Assembly: GCF_006345805.1 (NCBI RefSeq)
Contig: NC_043005.1
Location: 102,176,001 to 102,240,000, forward strand
Length of the DNA stretch: 64,000 nucleotides
Source: Octopus sinensis
Taxonomy: Eukaryota
Direction: 5' to 3'
Shown here: positions 54,196 through 64,000 of the stretch, in pieces
Numbering within the stretch: the first letter of the stretch is position 1
Layout: the number at the start of each line of letters is the position of its first letter
Made by a program: the position numbers and the translations under genes
Notes under the pieces: generated by a model
The model's input: only the letters and a program-made list of their open reading frames with translations
Database searches by the model: none
Told to the model about the DNA's origin: nothing

Positions 54196-55555
54196 TAAAA
54201 ACTCAATAATAACATGAGTTAAAACAAAGTACGATCTGCTGGGACATCATATGAATATCAAGATCCAATACTAATTAGATAATATACATACATATATCCA
54301 GCATCTATTATATTCCGGAGATACACATCATCTATCACAGCCAAAAAGAATATTAGGATCAAAAAGGAAAATAGTCAAGATAAATTAATCCCTACTTAAT
54401 GAAAACTATAGGAAGATATATACACACAAAAACATCAATCGAATTGCAAACACGAACCTATGGAAGAATATATATGCAGGAAGAAGATAACATACATAAG
54501 GAGATGGAAGCATATCTCAATATATTCCAACACCAAACATATTTATAGACTTCAAACGTATGATTCTACAGATCTTTAAGTTAATGTAGTAGTCAAAGAA
54601 CTAAAACTAAAAAGGAATTATTCTATTTTTCCTGTGTAAATAGATTAGATCGATGGAGAGGTTATTGGCAGAAAAATGGAAGGTGAAGAGATGAAAGAGT
54701 TTCGGGGGTGGGGTGGGGGAAGATATTATCATATATTAAATTATCTATGTTTTGTATTTTAATATGTTTAATTCTGGGATTGTAAAGCTGTCAAATACAG
54801 GAGTTATAGGGAATCGAAATATCATTCAATGGGTAGAAAACTGACAAAAGAAAAACATGAATAAAAGAGGGAAAAAAAGGGACAAAATGAAGGTACACAC
54901 ACGTATGCATATATGTATGCATATGTATGTGCATGCAAGTATATGTGTGTGTGCGTGTGTGTGTGTGTGTGTGTGTAAGCATTCAAATACTGATTACATG
55001 TATATATACAAACATACGCACACCATACAAACACATATTTACATATAATCTGTGGGTGAATAATCACACATATATATATGTGTGTATATATGCATAATCG
55101 ATTTATAATTTAACTGCTGTGAAATAGAAGATCTTCGGGTTGAATGCATTTTCAGAGACTTGTACCAGATCTGTTACCATTTGGTCCAAATCCCGCAAAT
55201 GTGAACATCGCCTATCTTCATTGTGATGTCGATAAAATATGAATGCTATCATTTCTTTATCATCGTCGTCACCCTCCTCCTCCTCCTCATCATCATCATA
55301 TTTTCGTCCTCCTCTTCCTCTATCTACAGACACACACACATGCATATACACACACATATGAATAGAAAAATCGGAGTGCGTATATATATGTATGTATATA
55401 AATATATGTATATTTTTTCAATGTGTTCAAATAAAAAGGAAAAAAAAATAAATAGCTATCAGGTAGCAAAAATTCACGTAAGTGCTAAGGATACTACAGC
55501 CGTTTATAAAGGTAATAATTCCAGGGTTAAGTGAAATGTATTTGCATAACATAAG

Positions 55556-55689
55556 TAAATTAAGAAATGGAGTCAAACGCAGGTTTTATTCAAAAAATGT
55601 GTACTTCAAACATACGGTCTTTTCGAAACATATGTTGGAAATATAACTGATTTGAATAACAGCAGCGTTTGACTCCATTTCTTAATTTA
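55556..55689. mobile_element. Small MITE-like element with perfect 25-bp terminal inverted repeats
   Basis: TAAATTAAGAAATGGAGTCAAACGC (55556-55580) / GCGTTTGACTCCATTTCTTAATTTA (55665-55689). No TSD identified. Confidence 0.6.
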
Positions 55690-55696
55690 TCCAAAT

Positions 55697-55731
<35 letters not shown>

Positions 55732-55732
55732 C

Positions 55733-55783
<51 letters not shown>

Positions 55784-55851
55784 GTACATACATACACATA
55801 TACATATATATATATACATATATGTGTGTCTGCTAATATATATATATATAA

Positions 55852-55910
<59 letters not shown>

Positions 55911-55988
55911 TACATATATATATATATATGTGTGTGTGTGTATATATATACATATATGTGTGTCTGCTAATATATATATATGTATTTG

Positions 55989-56598
55989 AATTATACGATA
56001 GTGTAAAATTATACACATAAGGAATCTACACCTAGGGTGAAGATTCAGCGCATTAGAGAGCCACAAAAATAATGGATAAGATACGACAGGAACAAAAATT
56101 TGAAAATGAAAAACATTTAACATTTATTACCCCGGACCAATATTGGTTTCTGATCTTCTTTTAGCGAGTCATAGGAACTCACAAGGTCTGTTCTTTCTCA
56201 ACGAGGGCCAACCTGGGGTTAAAACATGTAAAATAGAAGACAGGGTTAACATTGGCGGTTTGTTTTGGCTGTCGATAGGACTGTGATTGCGCAGTGAAAT
56301 TTTGAAAAGTTACTTCGTGTAGTCAGCAGGCAGACAGCTGTTCCCTGTCTTCTGTTTTACATGTTTTAACCCCAGGTTGGCCCTCGTTGAGAAAGATCAG
56401 ACCTTGTAAGTTCCTATGACTCGCTAAAAGAAGATCAGAAACCAATATTGGTCCGGGGTAATAAATGTTAAATGATTTTCATTTTCAAATTTTTGTTCCT
56501 GTCGAATCTTATCCATTAATTTGTGGCTCTCTAAGGCGCTGAATCTTCACCCTAGGTGTAGATTCCTTATGTGTATAATTTTACACTATCGTATAATT
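55989..56598. mobile_element. Foldback/MITE-like element: ~257-bp inverted arms, 97-bp spacer
   Basis: 55989-56245 is the reverse complement of 56343-56598 with roughly 7-8 mismatches. No ORF and no clear TSD. Confidence 0.85.
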
Positions 56599-57050
56599 AA
56601 TATATAGTCTTTTTGACAAATTTTTTGCACGTTAGACCACTGGAAATGTAAATTTTGATTGAATATTTTAAATTTAATTAAATTCCATTTCCCTTTTGAT
56701 ATGATATATATATATATATATAGAGAGAGAGACAGCTAAGCTGAACTGATATAAAACCCAAACAATTCACAAGATTCACCAAAACTATAGGAATAGACAC
56801 CAACCAAAAGTCATTGCAGTTGCTCCCATTGGAACACAAGGTAAAATCTAAAATGAATTCCTCGCTTTTTCAAGAACATGAATTTTTTATATTGAATGCA
56901 TATCACCACTATGAACTACTACACCATACTCTTTAAACATATAGCATGGACTCGCTTTACTATATATGAATTTTTTATGTCTGACTCTATTGAATATTAT
57001 ATATGAATTTTTTATATTTGATAGCATGAACTATCTTTTTTATATATAAT

Positions 57051-57097
57051 TTCTTTTGATAAGGTTCGTCATTTCAAGAACCGAAACATGTTAAGTA
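57051..57097 (+). ncRNA. Degenerate hammerhead-like motif
   Basis: TTGATAA-GGTTC..GAACC-GAAA-CATG-TT-AAGTA. Stem II and the palindromic ACATGT are intact, but the CUGAUGA core is damaged. Confidence 0.4.
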
Positions 57098-57201
57098 AAT
57101 AATGTATATATAAAAATTAAAGTTTGTCTAATATAGCAGCATTTTCAAACTTCATTTTTTACAAATATATACCCACTCGTATACGAGCTAATCTTATTAT
57201 A

Positions 57202-57276
<75 letters not shown>

Positions 57277-57791
57277 GGTGTGTGGTAAAGTGAATTTTTT
57301 TACTTTACCATATTTTTATAAATAATAATTCAAATACACCGTAAATGGTCTTTACATACCGAATACTGCTTGGTCGAATTTATTAACAATTAATTAATTC
57401 TACCCCCTTTTTTGATGACAATATAATGCTTTTCTCTCCAAGAATTTGAACTACAGTTTTTACCTCTGTAGAAATGTAATGCTCTATGACTCACGTGGGT
57501 GGACAGGGTGAATAATAGATCTCATTCGTATTTTTGGATTCGCTAGTACTGGGTGTCTGGCATGGCTCGTCCGATAATTAAGTATTGAACTTTTACCACG
57601 TGAGTTTTTTCAGTGAAATATTGTTGTTGAATTTGTGTTAAAACCTGTTTAAATTGTCTTGTTAAAAAATTGTTTGAACTGTTGCTGGTTTTGAACCAGG
57701 AAAACTTTGTTTTCCCCTCCTCACGGAGGGGAACTGCTGTACATTGAAAACAGGAAAAAAAAAAAAAAAAACACACACATTCCACGGAAAA

Positions 57792-59358
57792 ATGAACAAA
57801 AATACTTGTTCAAAAATGTCAAAAAATGATGACGTAGTAGGTTTGCCTACACAAAAAATGTGAAAATTGCTGAAGAAGCTAAAATTGCGGAAGGTGTGAC
57901 TTCCAATGAAGCTGTGAAACAGCAAAAGTGAATGAAGGTTCGCCGGTTAAAAAGCTGTGAAAACGGCTAAAGTCGCGGAAGGGTTGACTTCCAACGAAGC
58001 TGAGAAATCAGCAAATGTGTGTGACAAACCAAGTGAAAAAACCAAGATGTTTAACTTCGCTGCCGCTGCTGGTAGGAAGACAGAGGAAATAAAGATGGAG
58101 GAGGTGTGAGTACGAAAAGTTTTAAAAATGTTTAAAAAGGAGGGAAATAACGCGATAGCTGCCCTCCCACAAACAATTAAAGAGGAAACCGAGAAAAGGA
58201 CGATAATTTATAAATCCTATGTAATAAAAGAGAAGAAAATTGAAAGGATAACCAAAGACCAAGCTGAGAAATGCCTTAAACCAGTGTGGAGTGATATGGA
58301 CTACGTTACGTGGGGAGAAAAAGTTTGCAACAATAGAGGTGCACTTCAGAAATGAAGAAGAAGAAACGGCAAAAAAAAAACACTCCTAACACCAATAAAG
58401 ACGGAGGAAATAATATTATTACCCTCGTATTTAGGAAGGAGAACCACAAAAATCAGAGTGGAGGACGTGCCGCCACAGGTCGACGTGAGGTGGTTGCTTC
58501 CAGCACTGTTAATGGGGCTGGAAGAGAAAATAACAGTGATAAACATCAGAAGAGTGATAAAGAAAAAACTGGAGAGGACAAGCATTGCACGTGGTGGTGC
58601 AAGCGACCCCGAGGCGGGCAATGGAGGAAGTTCCAGAAGGAATACAATTCGGGGAAGAAATTAACTTGCGGGTGGTGGTGGAGGGGCGAAAGCCACGTTG
58701 CTACGGATGTGGCGAGATAGGTCACATCCGTATGGAATGCCCCACCAGCAAGAAAGAGGAAGAAAGAAAAAAGACAGAAGAAGATGCAGAGAAAAAAAAA
58801 AAGAAGAAGAGAACGATTTCACAACGGTGAGGCGGAAGAAAACGCCAAAGAGAAAGAATGCGGACACAAGCCCAACCAACCCTGGCACAATCAAAAAGAA
58901 ATCCAACTCTCAGGGGGGAAAACCATCCCCACCCAACCACAGTTCCCCACAAAAAGAGAAGCCCCCACCCAATCCACCCCCACCCCTCAGTGCCGAGCAT
59001 TACCCCTCCATTTCAACCCCCTCCTCGTGTTCCTCCCCATCATACTCCCCGGGGTCCTCCCCATCACCCCCACAAAGCCCACAAAAAAGCAGATTTACAG
59101 AAGCCCAAATAGTATATGCGGCAATAGACAAAAATAATGACCGACTTAAAAGTGGAATGGGAAATATCCCAAGCGCAAGAAAGGTGAAAACCCACAGAAA
59201 TCTACAAAAAAATGTAGAATTTATAATTGGACTTACGGAACTTTAACATGTTAAATGCACAGTTCGCAGGGGACATAAAGGGTCCGCGACTCGAAGTGGA
59301 CGAGTCACTGATTAATGCGGACTTCCCCGCCACGACCACCAAAGGAAAAACGGAATAA
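57792..59358 (+). pseudogene. ORF1 (gag-like, CCHC zinc knuckle), frameshifted in this sequence
   Basis: ATG at 57792 matches copy-2 ORF 63213. Contains RVVVEGRKPRCYGCGEIGHIRMEC (CX2CX4HX4C) and a Pro/Ser-rich segment. The reading frame is split across several ORFs by 1-nt indels. Confidence 0.8.
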
Positions 59359-59367
59359 AGGTAAGTA

Positions 59368-62300
59368 ATGTCTCATATTCGTGTAGGGTGTTTGAATGTG
59401 CGTGGCCTGATGCAGAGCTGGAAGCAAGGGCGCTTCCTAAATGACATCAGGTCACGGGATTTAGATGTTGTCGTTGCCACAGAAACTCGGTTAAAGGGGC
59501 CAAGAGATCTGCTCCCGCTGTTCGACGGTTACGAGAGTGTCATCTCTCCGAACCGTCGGTCGGCGGAAGCGGGGGTTGGTCCTGTGTAAAAGGAACGGGT
59601 TTCTGAGAAAAAGTTGATTTTTACGGATCCGGAAGGTAGGCTGGTCGTCGTGAGTTGACGTTCAGTAGCCGTAAGACATCAGGCTGGTTGCGGTTTACGC
59701 TCCCCCCGGTAAGGGGAAAAGTGATTATTATCGGAACCTGGAGAAGTTTCTGAGTACATCGTGCCAGTAGTAATGTTAGGGGACTTCAACACAATCTGCG
59801 ATGTGCGGGTAGACTGTAAAGCTCCGCGAACAGACAGAAAAGGAAATACTTGCTTCCTGGATCTACTAAGACGTTTTGAGCTGGTAGATCCATATAGACT
59901 GGAACATCGGGGCGCTCCACTGTGGACGTGGTCAAATAGCGACGGATCGGTAAAGTCATACATAGACAGGATATTAATTAGGAAGGTAGATAAGAACCTA
60001 GTTAAGAGTCCACAACTCCATATAGTCAGCTACAGTGACCACAAGATGGTCACCTGTAGGCTAGACGTAGATAAGATAACTAGAGGTCCTGGTTACTGGA
60101 AACTTAATAGTCCCTTTTGGCGATTAAGGAGTACAGGGACAGGATTAGGTTAATAATCCAGAGGGCCATGACCGGCTCCATTTGTAACAACAAATGGTGG
60201 TATGCCCTTAAGCGAGCCATAAAATATGAGTCCGTTAGATATAGTACTAATCTTGTAGCTAGAGAGGCTAGTAGAAAGGTAACTACACTAGTTAAGGACT
60301 TAGAGGAAGCAATGCGAACTGGCAATGCAGACCAGGTGAAGGTCAAGAGACTGGTTCTTAACCAACACCTCGAAGCCAAACACATGGGTTGCATTGTCAG
60401 GGCTAGACAACGTACGATGGGGAGCGAAGGAATCAAGGCTGCAGGATGGCCCGAGTGGTGGAAGCCCAACGTGGCAACGATGCTACAATTCGATCTCTGG
60501 CGAACCAACAAGGTAAGTTGACAGACGAGCCCGAGGAGATATGTCAAGCTTTTCAGGACCACTTCGCCCAGCTTTTCGGGGGGAGCGGCGGACCGGATAG
60601 GGGGAGGGACTTACGGACCTCCTCGACGGGCTGCCGCGCCTCTCGGGGCAGGATGCGAAGTGTAGTAGAGGAGCCGATCACACCTGGGGAGGTAATAGAG
60701 GCCATGGCGGACTGCGGTGCGGGTAAGGCGCCGGGACTGGATGGTCTACCCTACGAGCTTTATAAAAGTATGCCGGACTTGTTCGGGGACTTACTGACGG
60801 GCGTCTACGCAAACTGGCAGCAGAATGGGTTTATCCCCAGATCTGTGCGCCGGGGAGTGGTGACGCTAATCAGGAAGGACCAGAGCAAGGGGGACGTAAT
60901 AGATATTTCAGGCCCATCACTCTGCTTAACGCAGAGTTGAAGATTTTGGCCAAAGAGTTATCGAACAGATTGGCGCGTGTCGCGAATGGACTGATTGGGA
61001 AAGCGCAAACGTGCGCCGTACCGGGCAGAGCCATTCAGGATAATCTCCATCTTATTAGATACACGATAGAGGGAATAAATAACGATCCCGGCAAGGGAGG
61101 GGCAGTGGTCCATTTAGACCAGTCTAAAGCGTTCGATAGGGTCGACCATCACTACCTGGTGTCCGTTCTGGCTCAGTTCGGCCTAGGTCTTGGCTTCCTC
61201 AGGTGGATCATCGAAATGTATGACAACGCCGACTCGGTAGTTCAGGTGAACGGCTTTCTTTCTAAGCCGTTCAAGGTCAAACGCTCGGTTCGCCAGGGAT
61301 GTCCGCTCTCCCCGCTTTTGTATGTAGTGGCCCTGGAGCCGCTGCTGCGAAGACTGAGCGGCATCCCGAGGCAACCAGGACGTGATATGTCGGTTTCGGC
61401 GTACGCGGATGACATCACTATCATCGTGACTGAAATGGACCACCTACGTAAAGTAGGCAAGGCCATAGAGGTTTACGAGACGGTGACAGGAGCAAAAGTT
61501 AATCGTGAAAAGTCGGTCGGCTTGCAACTCGGCACCTGGAGAGGCAAGTCGATGCCTCCAGACAGCGTCGTGGGACGTTGGACGGAGGGCCCGATTAAGT
61601 TGCTCGGGGTTTGGTTCGGTCCGGACCTCCAAATAGAGAAGAACTGGAGCGAGGTATCGAGCAAGGTGGCTGCAATAGTCAAGATTTGGTCTTGGCGGTG
61701 GTTATCCTTGAAAGGTAGGGCGGAGGTGGCCAATGTGTTTATAGCATCGGTGATCACCTACCGCCTTGCCGTCGTGCCTTGCCCGGATTCGTGTTTGACC
61801 AAGTTGGAGAGACAGCTCTTTCGCTTCTTGTGGAAGGGCTCGAAACCGCTTGTGAGACGCTCTGTCTGCTGTCAAAAACCGTTACAGGGTGGACTAGGGA
61901 TGCTGTGGCTAATGATGCGCAGAAATGCGCTGAGGCTAAGGCACCTGTGGCTCCATCTGTGTAGTGAACGGGTGTGGTCTCCGCTGGCGAAACAGATGTT
62001 CCCCAGGTTCACCAGTTTCGGTGGCCGGGAGGACTGGTATAATCGCAGATCGAAGTTGGGTACGTGGTATACGGAGTGTCGCAAGGCACTCCGACTATTC
62101 CGTCGCTCGGGTAATGCCTGCGGCAGTGGTTCTACCGCTGTGTTTTATAGAGGTTTGTAGAGGCCGGTAACGATGATACGCTAGGGGAAGCCCTAGGTTT
62201 CGACGATAATCAGCTGGCCAGTCTGTTCCAAAGTACATTCGGGCCGAAGACACTGGATAATTTCCAGAAGTCTTTGGCTTGGCAGTGCTACCGAGGAGCC

Positions 62301-62753
62301 TTACCTGTTCGGGACAAGCTTGCAAGGCACGGTTGCCAAGTCAGCCCGACCTGTACGAGGTGTGGGCGAGAACGGGAAACCGTCTCGCACGCGATCGTGC
62401 AGTGTTCGGGGGTGAAAGATATGTGGGATTGTGCCGAACAACTAATGTCAGGTGAACGAAGAGTACAGCTATCAGCCGAATCTATTGTAAAAATCAGCCC
62501 ACCTGAATTCTTAACGAAAGAAGGTAAGTTTTGTTTTCTCGCCGTGGTTTCAATTGCGAAACAGGTAGTATGGAAGACAAGGATGAAAGGAATGATAACA
62601 GGCGACTTCATCTCTGGTTCAAGTCTGGTGGAATATTTTAAATTCCACCTAAAAAGACATATAGAACTGGAGAGAAGGAGCCTGAGTAAGAAAGTGTTTG
62701 ATGAAAGATGGAAAAATGTGGAGAGTAAAAGATCCCTCACAAATGTGAGATAG
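59368..62753 (+). pseudogene. ORF2: AP-endonuclease, reverse transcriptase and C-terminal zinc finger, frameshifted in this sequence
   Basis: APE: CLNVRGL, VATET, LGDFN, YIDR, SDH. RT: KAPGLDGLPYELY, LDQSKAFDRVDH, RQGCPLSPLLY, AYADD, VNREKS, IKLLGVWF. C-terminus: CTRCGRERETVSHAIVQC. Confidence 0.93.
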
Positions 62754-62980
62754 GAAGGAAATAAGGAAACCACAAGGCTAAGTGTCGTGGCGGGGAGCAT
62801 GGGGTCGCGGACCCGCCCCACTGCATCTTGTATTTTGTTAATTGTATCTATTGTGTAACCATTCGATTTATTTTTCATTTCCGATTTTTAAACCGACCCC
62901 AAATGTTCATAATTATTTTTTTCTCATCATTCGTGATTGTATGTATTCTCTATGTCGCCCCTAGTGGGTAATAAAGAAAT

Positions 62981-64000
62981 TGGCATGGCTTGTCCGATAA
63001 TTAAGTATTGAACTTTTACCACGTGAGTTTTTTCAGTGAAATATTGTTGTTGAATTTGTGTTAAAACCTGTTTAAATTGTCTTGTTAAAAAATTGTTTGA
63101 ACTGTTGCTGGTTTTGAACCAGGAAAACTTTGTTTTCCCCTCCTCACGGAGGGGAACTGCTGTACATTGAAACACAGGAAAAAAAAAAAACACACACACA
63201 TTCCACGGAAAAATGAACAAAAATACTTGTTCAAAAATGTCAAAAAATGATGACGTAGTAGGTTTGCCTACACCAAAAAATGTGAAAATTGCTGAAGAAG
63301 CTAAAATTGCGGAAGGTGTGACTTCCAATGAAGCTGTGAAAACAGCAAAAGTGAATGAAGGTTCGCCGGTTAAAAAAGCTGTGAAAACGGCTAAAGTCGC
63401 GGAAGGGTTGACTTCCAACGAAGCTGAGAAATCAGCAAATGTGTGTGACAAACCAAGTGAAAAAACCAAGATGTTTAACTTCGCTGCCGCTGCTGGTGGG
63501 AAGACAGAGGAAATAAAGATGGAGGAGGAGGAGTACGAAAAGTTTTAAAAAATGTTTAAAAAAGAGGGAAATAACGCGATAGCTGCCCTCCCACAAACAA
63601 TTAAAGAGGAAACCGAGAAAAGGACGATAATTTATAAATCCTATATAAAGAAAAGAAAATTGAAAGGATAACCAAAGACCAAGCTGAGAAATGCCTTAAA
63701 CCAGTGTGGAGTGATATGGACTACGTTACGTGGGGGAGAAAGTTTGCAACAATAGAGGTGCACTTCAGAAATGAAGAAACGGCAAAAAAACACTCCCTAA
63801 CACCAATAAAGACGGAGGAAATAATATTATTACCCTCGTATTTAGGAAGGAGAACCACAAAAATCAGAGTGGAGGACGTGCCGCCACAGGTCGACGTGAG
63901 GTGGTTGCTTCCAGCACTGTTAATGGGGCTGGAAGAGAAAATAACAGTGATAAACATCAGAAGAGTGATAAAGGAAAACTGGAGAGGACAAGCATTGCAC
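62981..64000 (+). mobile_element. Second, tandem copy of the L1/Tx1-type element (5' UTR and start of ORF1), truncated by the window edge
   Basis: Nearly identical to 57558-58590, differing mostly by single-base indels in homopolymers. Confidence 0.95.

Larger units (their letters stand above)
57558..62980 (+). mobile_element. L1/Tx1-type non-LTR retrotransposon, apparently full length (~5.4 kb)
   Basis: 5' UTR, ORF1, ORF2 (APE-RT-Zn finger), and a ~230-bp 3' UTR ending GTGGGTAATAAAGAAAT. The 5' start is defined by the shared boundary with the second copy at 62981. Confidence 0.95.

Noticed and set aside
55615-55640. GAAACATATGTT, half of a hammerhead, inside the small MITE
   Set aside because: There is no upstream CUGANGA core or stem II.
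57540-57560. 5' flank of the LINE as a possible 5S rRNA or snRNA target site
   Set aside because: GCTAGTACTGGGTG only loosely recalls 5S GTTAGTACTTGG, and the surrounding sequence does not continue the match.
59679-63957. Minus-strand ORFs up to 196 aa over the Tx1-type element, and similar ones over the R4 copies
   Set aside because: They are antisense shadows of the retrotransposon ORFs with no independent motifs.

Overview
This is an AT-rich, microsatellite-dense animal window with no supportable host protein-coding exon. The SINE families resemble those I recognise from Octopus; the taxon is an inference. Almost all complex sequence is retroelement-derived. (i) One long L1/Tx1-type LINE at 57558-62980 (gag-like ORF1 with CCHC knuckle; ORF2 with APE, RT and zinc finger) is followed head-to-tail by a second copy that runs off the window. 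(ii) A cluster of R4/Dong-type RT-RLE LINEs sits inside (TAA)n tracts at 32.4-39.6 kb, plus a related family flanked by (CATA)n. (iii) There are several Penelope-like (PLE) relics and seven hammerhead-ribozyme-like motifs, four of them in two outward-facing inverted pairs. (iv) Three tRNA-derived SINE families, a maT/mariner relic, MITE/foldback elements and a 1.49-kb tandem duplication complete the picture. The strongest lead is that the 3' terminal ~45 nt of the Tx1-type LINE match the tail of the commonest SINE. Both end in ...AAAGAAAT-(A/G/T)GG(T/C)AT, and both form head-to-tail concatemers joined at that motif, which suggests one stringent-tail LINE/SINE system. All alignments and translations were done by eye, and coordinates of degraded relics are approximate.
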